Of a stretch of 64,000 nucleotides of DNA, positions 46,614 to 55,074 are shown one piece after another. The translations under genes and the position numbers were made by a program. Each line of letters begins with the position of its first letter. The first letter of the stretch is position 1. Below the pieces are notes generated by a model, which saw nothing but the letters and a program-made list of their open reading frames with translations, ran no database searches and was not told where the DNA came from. Source of the DNA: an uncultured bacterium (GTDB lineage Bacteria; JAJVIF01; JAPKYR01); assembly GCA_965369865.1 (NCBI GenBank), contig CBDURU010000004.1, positions 1-64,000 on the forward strand, written 5' to 3'.

Positions 46614-46659
46614 ATACCAATCTTAGATTCAGGGACGCCTTTCCATGAATTCAAAGCGT
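46614..46659. repeat. Short form of the 10483-10642 repeat
   Basis: 46614-46647 is identical to 10483-10516 (34 bp); 46648-46659 is identical to 10631-10642. Confidence 0.9.
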
Positions 46660-46755
46660 GTAAGGCCAATGCCGTTAAATAAAAATTGATAGGACATATT
46701 TAGTATTGATGTACGTCGTACACTTACATTTGGGAATGATTCAGGATTTTTTTGA

Positions 46756-46800
46756 AGATCGGGGACACCTGCTTTTCGACGGGCGAAAAGAGATGTCCCC
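46756..46800. repeat. Palindrome of the GGGAC...GTCCC family
   Basis: GGGGACACCT-G-CTTTTCG-acggg-CGAAAAG-AGATGTCCCC. Confidence 0.75.
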
Positions 46801-46981
46801 AGTATTAGCAGACGAACTCAGGCTTGCGGGATGGAGATGTCTCACTCGGCTTGCCGACGCCACGCGATTAGGCCGCCGCCATGCGTTTATAATTCTACGG
46901 TCGTTAAAATTACCCTTGTATCACCGTCACCATTCGGGTATGTTTTAGAATTATTGTTTGGATAGTTTTGTAAGTCATTGG

Positions 46982-47019
46982 CCTCCCCCCCTTAATCCCC
47001 CCCGCAAGCGGTGGGGAGG
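46982..47019. repeat. C-run/G-run palindromic intergenic element
   Basis: CCTCCCCCCCTTAATCCCCCCCGCAAGCGGTGGGGAGG. Confidence 0.5.
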
Positions 47020-47027
47020 TATGGTGT

Positions 47028-47185
47028 TTGTCCTTTAATTGTAACGCAGGCAGCTTGCCTGCAGTACCGCGGACAGCTTGTCCTTTAATTGTAACGCAGG
47101 CAGCTTGCCTCCAGTACCGCGGACAGCTTGTCCTTAAATTGTAACGCAGGCAGCTTGCCTGCAGTACCGCGGACAGCTTGTCCGC
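47028..47185 (+). repeat. Tandem array of 3 x 50 bp; each unit holds two REP-like hairpins
   Basis: Unit TCCTTTAATTGTAACGCAGGCAGCTTGCCTGCAGTACCGCGGACAGCTTG at 47031, 47081 and 47131, with one substitution in each of units 2 and 3. Confidence 0.95.
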
Positions 47186-47201
47186 ATCAAAGGAACTAAA
47201 A

Positions 47202-49832
47202 GTGGAAACATCCAGGCTCAGATCGCTTTTCCTCGACTTCTTCAAGTCAAAGGATCACCACATAGAACCGTCCGCAAGCCTTGTCCCCTCAGCGGATGAT
47301 AAATCGCTTCTGTTAATCAACGCGGGAATGGCGCCGCTCAAGCCTTACTTCACCGGATTGCAGGCACCCCCGTCCACACGTATCGCTTCGTGCCAGCGAT
47401 GTCTTCGCACAAATGACATTGATGAGGTCGGTCGAACACCCCGTCATCTGACCATGTTTGAAATGCTCGGTAATTTCTCCTTCGGCGATTATTTCAAAGA
47501 GGAGATAATCATATGGAGCTGGGAATTTATCACGGACTGGTTGAAAATCCCGGTCGAGAAGCTCAGGATCAGCGTTCACGAAAAAGACGATGAGGCTTTT
47601 TCAATCTGGGAAAAGGAGGTCGGTGTTCGCTCGGACTGGATTTACCGGCTAGGCGACGAGGATAACTTCTGGTTCATGGCCGACACAGGTCCATGCGGGC
47701 CTGACAGTGAAATTTTCTATGACATTGGCGAGGAACTTGGTCCCGACCAGACACCCGCTAAAGATGGGGATCGATGGGTGGAAATCTGGAACCTGGTTTT
47801 TACGCAGTTTGACCGCCAGGCCGACGGAACTCTCGTGCCACTGCCGAAAAAAAATGTCGACACGGGAATGGGTCTTGAAAGAACAGCGATGGCATTGCAG
47901 GGAAAACATTCCGTGTTTGAAGTGGATATATTCAAGCCAATTTCAGACTTTTATAAAACCGAGACTAAAAAGGAAATTCTCGAATCCGAAAGTTATATTT
48001 CGGCTGGTGTTAACTCGCTGTATGTGGTGTCGGACCACATCCGGGCGGTCTCGATGCTCCTCGCGGACGGAGTGCACCCGGGGAACGAGGGCAGGGGTTA
48101 TATACTCCGGAGAATCCTTCGACGGGCGCTTGTCCATTTGCGCCGCCTTGGCCGGCATGAAGGCGGACTTATTAAAGCGTTCCCGATTGTACTCGATCAG
48201 CTTGGGGAAACATATCCACTTTTACTTGAGCGCAGAGACCACATCGCAAATTTAATCCGGCACGAGGAGCAGAATTTCCTGAAAACCCTCGATGCCGGTG
48301 TCCAGCGATTGGAAAATGCGATAGAGAGTGTCGGGGATGAGAAAATCCTGCCGGGTGAAATAGCATTCGAGATGTTCGACACTTACGGCGTCCCGCTTGA
48401 TGTCACAATCGAAATGGCCCAGGCAAGGGGAATGGAAGTCGATGTGGTCAGCTACACTGACGCACTGGAAACCGCACGGAGGATATCCCGCGAGGTCACG
48501 GATGAGACGCTTGACGCCGATAACGCCGCTCGCCAGGCTGTGAAAACCACCGATGAAACTGAATTCATTGGCTATGATTTCTATCGCGAAACGTCATCTC
48601 TCATTGAATTCGATCCCGCGCACAATTTCATCGTAATCGAAAAAACTCCGTTTTATGCCGAAATGGGTGGTCAGACCGGGGATACGGGCGCACTGCGGTT
48701 TAAGGATGGGGAATTCAAAGTTACCGGCACCCAGATTGTCGGCAATGTTGTCGTCCATAAAATCGATCCCGAAAAGACTACCGGCGATCCATCAAATCTG
48801 AAACCCGGCGATCCAATCGAAGCGATTGTCGATATCGATAGAAGGCTTGGAATCCAGAGAGCGCATACCGGGACTCATCTACTTCATGCAGCCTTAAGGG
48901 TTGTCCTTGGCGATCATGTGCAGCAGGCGGGATCGGCGGTCGAGCCGGATCGATTCCGCTTCGATTTCACCCATTTCCAACCGCTTACAAGGGAGGAAAC
49001 CCGAAAAATAGAGGACTGGGCGAACGAGCGGGTATTCGCGGAACATGACGTGTTTACCAGGGATGTTTCGTACGATGATGCGATCGAGGCAGGCGCGATT
49101 GCATTGTTCGGCGAAAAATATCCCGAAACTGTCCGGATGGTCTGGATCGGCGGACGTGAGACTGAGCCAGTTCCAGGGCAGGTTCAATCGACCGAGCTTT
49201 GCGGCGGCACGCATGTAAAAAACACAGGTGTCATCGGGCTGATAAAAATTGTTGGGGAGGAATCGATAGCAAGCGGCGTACGGCGGATCGAGGTTTTGAC
49301 GGGTCGTCGATCGTACGAATTTATGCAGGATGAGGACATGACACTTCATCATATTTCAGACGCGATGCACATGCCCATCCAGCACCTCGAACGCGGGGTC
49401 CGGAAGCATCTCGAAATACAGAAACGCCTGGAGAGGGAAGTCAGGGATCTCGAATCGAAGCTGATTTCAGGTGAGGGCGGCGGAGCGTTCGAAGATTTCA
49501 CATCGGGTGACATTAAAGCCAGGATATACCCGTTACAATCTCTCGCGCCCGATGCGGTCGCGAAATTGCTCGATAAAGCAGTGGAGGAGGATCGGGTTCA
49601 CATCGCGTTCGCTGTCACCGACCATGATGGCAAGGGAACGTTGATGATCCGTTGTTCCGACGAAGCGATAAAAGCCGGACTGCATGCGGGGAATTTCGTG
49701 AAGAAGGTCGCGGGTGCCATGGGGGGCCGTGGTGGAGGAAAGCCGTCATTCGCCCGTGGCGGCGTGGACGCATCCCGCTACGAAGAAGGTTCTCTGGCAT
49801 ACCGCGATGTTTTAACAGGCGGAATTAACTGA
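47202..49832 (+). CDS. alaS: Alanine--tRNA ligase
   Basis: NAGM, FEMLGNFSFGDYFK, GPCGP.SEI, EIWNLVF, DTGMGLER, editing HTGTH/CGGTH and C-Ala GGRGGG; probable GTG start at 47202 after AAGGA (the track TTG at 47178 lies inside the repeat). Confidence 0.97.
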   Translation: METSRLRSLFLDFFKSKDHHIEPSASLVPSADDKSLLLINAGMAPLKPYFTGLQAPPSTRIASCQRCLRTNDIDEVGRTPRHLTMFEMLGNFSFGDYFKEEIIIWSWEFITDWLKIPVEKLRISVHEKDDEAFSIWEKEVGVRSDWIYRLGDEDNFWFMADTGPCGPDSEIFYDIGEELGPDQTPAKDGDRWVEIWNLVFTQFDRQADGTLVPLPKKNVDTGMGLERTAMALQGKHSVFEVDIFKPISDFYKTETKKEILESESYISAGVNSLYVVSDHIRAVSMLLADGVHPGNEGRGYILRRILRRALVHLRRLGRHEGGLIKAFPIVLDQLGETYPLLLERRDHIANLIRHEEQNFLKTLDAGVQRLENAIESVGDEKILPGEIAFEMFDTYGVPLDVTIEMAQARGMEVDVVSYTDALETARRISREVTDETLDADNAARQAVKTTDETEFIGYDFYRETSSLIEFDPAHNFIVIEKTPFYAEMGGQTGDTGALRFKDGEFKVTGTQIVGNVVVHKIDPEKTTGDPSNLKPGDPIEAIVDIDRRLGIQRAHTGTHLLHAALRVVLGDHVQQAGSAVEPDRFRFDFTHFQPLTREETRKIEDWANERVFAEHDVFTRDVSYDDAIEAGAIALFGEKYPETVRMVWIGGRETEPVPGQVQSTELCGGTHVKNTGVIGLIKIVGEESIASGVRRIEVLTGRRSYEFMQDEDMTLHHISDAMHMPIQHLERGVRKHLEIQKRLEREVRDLESKLISGEGGGAFEDFTSGDIKARIYPLQSLAPDAVAKLLDKAVEEDRVHIAFAVTDHDGKGTLMIRCSDEAIKAGLHAGNFVKKVAGAMGGRGGGKPSFARGGVDASRYEEGSLAYRDVLTGGIN

Positions 49833-49926
49833 CTTTTTTGAGAGCTTCTTCTCTTGCTTGGCTTACACCAATTAATACATCCAACAAAGGACCTGCTTGG
49901 GTAAGATTTAGCGTGAAGTGTGGCAT
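49825..49926 (-). pseudogene. Truncated 5' end of a probable retropepsin-like aspartyl protease gene
   Basis: ATG overlaps the upstream stop (TAATG); reads MPHFTLNLTQAGPLLDVLIGVSQAREEALKKVS*, stopping inside the alaS 3' end before any DTG motif. Confidence 0.55.
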
Positions 49927-50156
49927 TAAGAGTTAAGAAGGCGTGTAATAACCTGCATTTGTTCAACTGCTTGAATTCTCTTAACTAAAAACGGGGTTTC
50001 AACACCAAATTTTTCGTATCCAGCTTTTAAAGCGTCTTCATAAGCTGCATATATTCCTGCGATGGTGTCTCCTTTAATAAGGACAAATTTCCCTTCGTCA
50101 GCGTCCAGCCGGGATAAATTTGCCTTATACGTTTGTAATTCTTTTTCCAGTGCCAT
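49926..50156 (-). CDS. Small DUF5678-like protein
   Basis: MALEKELQTY..NL..L...EGKFVLIKG..I.G.Y..YEDALKAGYEKFG..PFLVK.I pattern; purine-rich SD-like AAGGGG. Confidence 0.65.
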   Translation of the reverse strand: MALEKELQTYKANLSRLDADEGKFVLIKGDTIAGIYAAYEDALKAGYEKFGVETPFLVKRIQAVEQMQVITRLLNS

Positions 50157-50347
50157 AGAATCCAACCCCTTACATGGTTGAAATACGTTGGATGACTTTG
50201 GGTCCTTTATCGTACATCACTCAAAACCAGGATGCAACTATCAAAAATATCGTCCAAATCTGGGGTTTATGTTACAATTATATCATATTTGTACATGATC
50301 CAATAGACAAAGTTATACAGACTATGCGATTGGCACATTTTAAAGTC

Positions 50348-50776
50348 TTAATTTTGAACCAGGCTTAATTCCAGATCCACCCGCTCGAACCTTCCCGGAC
50401 GGACCCGTACTACCGTCTCCCCCCCAAACGGTGAACCTCGCGCATTCAGGTAAATTAGTCGATATATCCCCTGCCTAAGCCCCATGAGCCTGAAACTCCC
50501 GGTCTGGTTACATCGCTCCTGGGCTATCAATTTACCTTCTTCGTCCAATGCCTGAACAGTTCCGTACGCCTGCGGATTGCCGTCGACATAAACCGTACCC
50601 GCGATAGATCCCAGCGCTTCACCCCAGGCGCTGTCTACAAATTCAGATACTAGTCCTGAACCCGATTCTTCCCCGGTATCTTCTCCCGCAGACTCCGGAC
50701 ACCCGACCAGGGACAATAACAGAATGGCGGAAAAGATGTAAATGAAAGATTTCAGGACTATAAACCGTATTTTCAT
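50348..50776 (-). CDS. Lipoprotein with a carboxypeptidase-regulatory-like (transthyretin-like) domain
   Basis: Lipobox LVGC; GSIAGTV...G.F.L.GL..G.Y.L pattern; SD GGAGG. Confidence 0.7.
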   Translation of the reverse strand: MKIRFIVLKSFIYIFSAILLLSLVGCPESAGEDTGEESGSGLVSEFVDSAWGEALGSIAGTVYVDGNPQAYGTVQALDEEGKLIAQERCNQTGSFRLMGLRQGIYRLIYLNARGSPFGGETVVRVRPGRFERVDLELSLVQN

Positions 50777-50896
50777 TATTCAAATCCTCCATGGATCCGA
50801 GTTGGACGATCGCGGTTACAGTGTTTAGATTATAACATTACCGGTTGGGTTCGTTTGGATTCAGATAAAATGAGCGCTAAGTCTTTAGTAATTTCC

Positions 50897-50905
50897 TGTT
50901 ATAAT
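50897..50905 (+). promoter_or_regulatory. Extended -10 promoter for a probable leaderless transcript
   Basis: TGT-TATAAT, then 7 nt, then the ATG at 50913; no SD. Confidence 0.6.
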
Positions 50906-50912
50906 ACACCAC

Positions 50913-51956
50913 ATGAATAAACAATATTTACTTCAGATAGCTGATTTCTGGAAGACACGGATACTCCTTACGGCAGTCGACTTAGAAATATTCCCGCTCC
51001 TGCAGGAACCTGTTACAGCTTCGTATGTCGCTACAGCTAAAGATCTCGATACTGGGGCAACCGAACGTCTCATGGACGCTCTCGTCGCGTTGGAAATTCT
51101 CCATAAGACCGATAATGATTATGAAATCACCCACCACTACAAGAATGAACTTGGGGATGGTGTGCATTCCATTATCGGGATGCTGAGGCACCGGCTTCAC
51201 CTTTGGAAATCCTGGTCCATGCTCAGTGAGATTGTCAGGTCCGGAAAATGCTACTACGAATTAAAGGGTTCATATGATGAGCGTGGTGAAAATCTTGGGG
51301 ATTTCATCCGTGCGATGGCGGCGTCCGGGGCAGGTGTTGCGGAAGAAACATTAATCGCGCTGGACCTTGAAGCTTTTGGGGGAGTAGGGGATGTCGATTC
51401 GGTTCTCGATATCGGTGGAGGGCCGGCGATCTTCGCGATTGAATTCTGCAAAGCCCTTCCTGGAATCAGGATGGTAATTCTCGACCGTCCGGGCGTGAAA
51501 GAAATCGCGGCGGAATTTCTTGAGAATTCTCCGTATAAGGATCAAATTTCATTTATTGATGGCGATGTGCTGACAGTCGATGACGCGGGTGTTACCGGTG
51601 AAGCGGGAGATAAAAAATTCGACATTGTTTTCGCGTCTAACCTGATTCATTCGATGTCCCCCCATGAGGTTCGGGAACTTTTAAGTCGGATGGGTAGATG
51701 GGCCAATCCCGGCGGGCAGATCGTGTTGAAGGATTTCTATCTCGAGGACAATCGAACACACCCCTCGCAATCGGCTTTATTCGATATCAATATGCTCACG
51801 AATACCCCGGAAGGAAAGAGTTACACGTGGTCGGAAGTTGAAGCCATGATGAATGACCTAGTAGATGAGAATGGCGAGAAAGTGGTTAAGAAAACCAGTC
51901 ATGTTTATCTAAGCGATGGATTTTCCGGGATGATTGTCGCTGATGTGAATGGATGA
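50913..51956 (+). CDS. SAM-dependent O-methyltransferase (dimerisation domain plus Methyltransf_2-like domain)
   Basis: L.TAVDLEIF..L N-terminal dimerisation helix; VLDIGGGPA SAM motif; SNLIH. Confidence 0.85.
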   Translation: MNKQYLLQIADFWKTRILLTAVDLEIFPLLQEPVTASYVATAKDLDTGATERLMDALVALEILHKTDNDYEITHHYKNELGDGVHSIIGMLRHRLHLWKSWSMLSEIVRSGKCYYELKGSYDERGENLGDFIRAMAASGAGVAEETLIALDLEAFGGVGDVDSVLDIGGGPAIFAIEFCKALPGIRMVILDRPGVKEIAAEFLENSPYKDQISFIDGDVLTVDDAGVTGEAGDKKFDIVFASNLIHSMSPHEVRELLSRMGRWANPGGQIVLKDFYLEDNRTHPSQSALFDINMLTNTPEGKSYTWSEVEAMMNDLVDENGEKVVKKTSHVYLSDGFSGMIVADVNG

Positions 51957-52040
51957 AAATGTATAGAACCCGTATCAGAGCCGCGAATGTTAATGAGGGG
52001 ATTTCCACTGGTACACCACTCACTGACGTTCGGGGCTCTG

Positions 52041-53969
52041 TTACAGACGTACAGGTCGGCATTCTTTATAGATCTGGTGCAATCCACAGGAAAGGCACCT
52101 GGATTCATTGCAGTCGGGGATCGTTATTTCATCGAGCGCGCGATGCCAGTCCTCCTTTAACCAGTCCTTATCGACCCCGCACGACAGGTGATCCCATGGC
52201 AGAATCTCGTCGATATCCCGTCCGCCGGAATACTCTTCAGGAACAATTCCCGTTTCCTTGAAAGCTGCGTCCCAGAGATCGGGGGCGCACCGGTCGCCCC
52301 ATGCGTCGAACCTGGCCCCCAGGCTGTATGCTTTCTCTATGGCGTCCGCCAGTCGACTGTCTCCGCGTGCCATGATGCCCTCGACCCAGCTCGATCCTGA
52401 ATCATGATATGAATATTCCACTCCTTTGATCCGGCGGAGTTCGGTGAGAAGTTTCTGCTTCCGGTTCAATTCCTCACCCGAATTCATCGGTGCCCACTGA
52501 AACGGGGTGTGCGATTTAGGGACAAAACTCGATACGCTGACTTTAATTTTCAAATTCCCGATTTCCGTCCTGCCTTCCTTTTTCAATTTCCTGGCTAAAC
52601 CGCGTATCCGTCCGACAAGGTCGATAATCCCCAGCACATCCTCATCCGTCTCGGTTGGAAGGCCGATCATGAAATAGAGCTTGATTAAATTCCATCCCGA
52701 TTCAACCGTGCTGGTAACGGCCATCTCAATATCTTCATCGGTTACCTCCTTGTTGATTACAGCCCTTAAACGCGACGTGGCGGCTTCGGGAGCGATCGTA
52801 AGTCCGCCTTTCCTGCTTGATTTCAGAAGTTCCAGCAAATCGCTATCGATTGCGGCGACCCTGTTTGACGGGAGGGTAATTCTCAGGTGAAAATCCCTGG
52901 ACTTATCCTGCATCCGCTTTATGAATTCCTTGAGACCGGGGTAATCGGTCGCGGACAACGCAAGGAAACTCTGTTCCTGCAGTCCGGTGTGCTCGAGCAA
53001 TTTTTCAGCCTGGTCGACAATTCGATCGACCGATCTTTCCCGGTACGGACGATAGATCATCCCGGCGTTACAGAACCTGCACCCATGAGTGCATCCGCGG
53101 ATCGGTTCGATTGTCACCCGATTCGATACGCCCTGCATATGAGGTGTCGGCGGATCGAGAACCCATGCTGAATTCTCAAGATCCGTGATCAACGCTTTTT
53201 GAATAACTTCAGGACCGCCGGCAGTGTTCTTTATACTTATTATAGATCCCCGGTCATCGCGGAGAATTTCAAAATGGCCCGGAACGTAAACTCCCTGTAT
53301 TGGTTTCGATCCTCCCGCTCCCCCCCAGGCATCCAGAATTTCAGATTTTACTGCCTTTTCACGTTCGATATTTCCCCGGGCGGAATCAATTTCGTCACGT
53401 CTTTTTAAAATCTCATCCGCCATCTCAAGCACAGCTTCCTCGCCATCCCCAAGGAGAACCGCGTCGACAAATGGCGCGATCGGTTCGGGATTGAACGCAG
53501 CCGGCCCGCCCGCGATCACAAGCGGTAATCCCCGGTCCTCCGCTCGAAGGGGAAGGCCCGCGAGGTCAATTACCTGGAGAAGATTTGTATAGCTCAATTC
53601 ATGGGTCAGCGATACCCCGATAACATCGAAACGGTGAGCCGGATGGTAACTTTCCAGTGAGTAAAGCGGCGTACCGGTCTCGCGCATTAATTTTTCCATA
53701 TCCGGCCACAGCGAATACGCGCGTTCGGCGAGTATATCAATGTGTGAATTGAGAATTTCCTGGATAAGGCGGTGTCCGAGATTCCCGACCGCGATTTCAT
53801 AGACATCGGGGAAAACAATTAAGATCCGGGCTTTCGCTTTGTCCCAGTCTTTTTTCCGAATCCCGATTTCCCCCGCGAAATACCGTCCGGGTTTGGCTAC
53901 ATGCGGGAGAATGTCATCGAGACGTTTTTTAATGGCGTCCGGGGAGTTTTCATTTTCATTGCTTGTCAC
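52041..53969 (-). CDS. B12-binding-like radical SAM protein (TIGR03960-type)
   Basis: V.KPGRY..GE, FPDVYE.., RGCTHGCRFC (CX3CX2C), TIAPEA, KLYFMIGLPTET, FVPK.HTPFQW and LPWDH. Confidence 0.88.
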   Translation of the reverse strand: MTSNENENSPDAIKKRLDDILPHVAKPGRYFAGEIGIRKKDWDKAKARILIVFPDVYEIAVGNLGHRLIQEILNSHIDILAERAYSLWPDMEKLMRETGTPLYSLESYHPAHRFDVIGVSLTHELSYTNLLQVIDLAGLPLRAEDRGLPLVIAGGPAAFNPEPIAPFVDAVLLGDGEEAVLEMADEILKRRDEIDSARGNIEREKAVKSEILDAWGGAGGSKPIQGVYVPGHFEILRDDRGSIISIKNTAGGPEVIQKALITDLENSAWVLDPPTPHMQGVSNRVTIEPIRGCTHGCRFCNAGMIYRPYRERSVDRIVDQAEKLLEHTGLQEQSFLALSATDYPGLKEFIKRMQDKSRDFHLRITLPSNRVAAIDSDLLELLKSSRKGGLTIAPEAATSRLRAVINKEVTDEDIEMAVTSTVESGWNLIKLYFMIGLPTETDEDVLGIIDLVGRIRGLARKLKKEGRTEIGNLKIKVSVSSFVPKSHTPFQWAPMNSGEELNRKQKLLTELRRIKGVEYSYHDSGSSWVEGIMARGDSRLADAIEKAYSLGARFDAWGDRCAPDLWDAAFKETGIVPEEYSGGRDIDEILPWDHLSCGVDKDWLKEDWHRALDEITIPDCNESRCLSCGLHQIYKECRPVRL

Positions 53970-54063
53970 GGTTACACATTATACAGAAACTGGAGCCGCT
54001 ACGGGATGACAGCCCGTATCATCGCGTGTTAGAATGCTCGGTCAATAGTTAACCTTAATACCG

Positions 54064-54447
54064 ATGCCAGAAACCAATGAATTAATCGTACTTTTTATTG
54101 CCATCGCCATGGGCGCGGTTGGCCAGATCGCCATGAAAGCCGGTATGAACCGTGTTAAGGAGAAATCCGGCGGTGATCTCGGCCCTATGATCAAGGCCCT
54201 TCCCAGGATTTTCACCGATATCTATGTCCTTGCCGGGGTAACTATTTATGTGTTGTCGACGGTGCTCTGGTTATGGGTTCTTTCGAAAGTGCCACTCTCG
54301 TTCGCTTACCCGTGCATCAGCATCAGTTATATCATCATCATTATTGCAGGAAAGTGGGTATTTAAAGAACGGATCGATAAATGGAAAATCGCGGCGATCG
54401 TGCTGATCCTGCTCGGAGTCGCGGCGTTAGGATTGAGTGAAATATAA
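54064..54447 (+). CDS. SMR/EamA-type four-TM protein (ArnE/ArnF-like)
   Basis: GQIAMK, W..VLSKVPLSFAYP..S..Y and FKE.I. Confidence 0.75.
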   Translation: MPETNELIVLFIAIAMGAVGQIAMKAGMNRVKEKSGGDLGPMIKALPRIFTDIYVLAGVTIYVLSTVLWLWVLSKVPLSFAYPCISISYIIIIIAGKWVFKERIDKWKIAAIVLILLGVAALGLSEI

Positions 54448-54872
54448 TGGCCTCCACTCCCGAAACAGCAGGGAAAACAGCATCAATAACGATGGTAATT
54501 TTCATCATCTCGATGGTGTTCCTGGCAGGTGTTGGGCAATTATTCATTAAATATGGGGTGAATCAGGTCACCGATCAAATCGGCCATTTCCCAACCGACC
54601 CGGTGGGATTCATTAAACTTGTTTTCTTCTGGCCGGTATTCTCGGGACTGTGCATCTATTTCTTCTTCGGTATGGCATGGTTGAAAATACTCGCCGATGT
54701 GCCGGTTAGCTTTGCATTCCCTTTTCTTGCGATCAGTTATATCGTGATAATTATTGGAAGCTACTTGTTCCTTGGCGAGAATATAAACATCCTGAAACTA
54801 TTCGCTATTGCGCTCATAATTATGGGTGTAATCTGCCTCTCCCGTTCCGATACAACCCAGGCCGCAACGTAA
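54447..54872 (+). CDS. SMR/EamA-type four-TM protein (ArnE/ArnF-like), probable heterodimer partner
   Basis: GQLFIKYG, W..IL..VPVSFAFP..AISY and LGE.I; TAATG overlap with the previous gene. Confidence 0.75.
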   Translation: MASTPETAGKTASITMVIFIISMVFLAGVGQLFIKYGVNQVTDQIGHFPTDPVGFIKLVFFWPVFSGLCIYFFFGMAWLKILADVPVSFAFPFLAISYIVIIIGSYLFLGENINILKLFAIALIIMGVICLSRSDTTQAAT

Positions 54873-55074
54873 ATAAAATATGATGTCAGGTTCTCCCGAC
54901 TACCCTGCCACGGGGCAAATCCCGCCTTCCATGGCTTATTTTAATCGAATCCAACCAGACTTAAAAAATGGGCTCTTGTTAGGATATGTTTAATTTAACT
55001 TTAATTATATAGCCTCTGTACAGGCGATTCTAATTTGATTGTATGTGTAAAGTACTGAATCTTTTGGAGCTAAA

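Noticed and set aside
46305..46900. TPP riboswitch upstream of the thiamine-binding protein gene
   Set aside because: No CTGAGA core or matching TPP architecture on the minus strand; the hairpins belong to repeat families
47028..47185. CRISPR array
   Set aside because: The 50-bp units are repeated in full with no unique spacers, and there are no cas genes; the PD-(D/E)xK Fe-S domains in the window belong to AddAB, not Cas4
47060..47200. T-box riboswitch upstream of alaS (GTACCGCG resembles the T-box 3' end)
   Set aside because: The required TGG(N)ACC bulge is absent (the sequence is GCAGTACCGCG), no terminator follows, and the motif is part of the tandem repeat
46910..47245. 111-aa minus-strand ORF with internal repeats
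   Set aside because: It is the translation of the non-coding tandem repeat and the C-run/G-run palindrome
54900..54945. c-di-GMP-I riboswitch (GGGCAAA) upstream of the PP2C operon
   Set aside because: No GAAA-capped P2 stem or GACGCAAAG element follows
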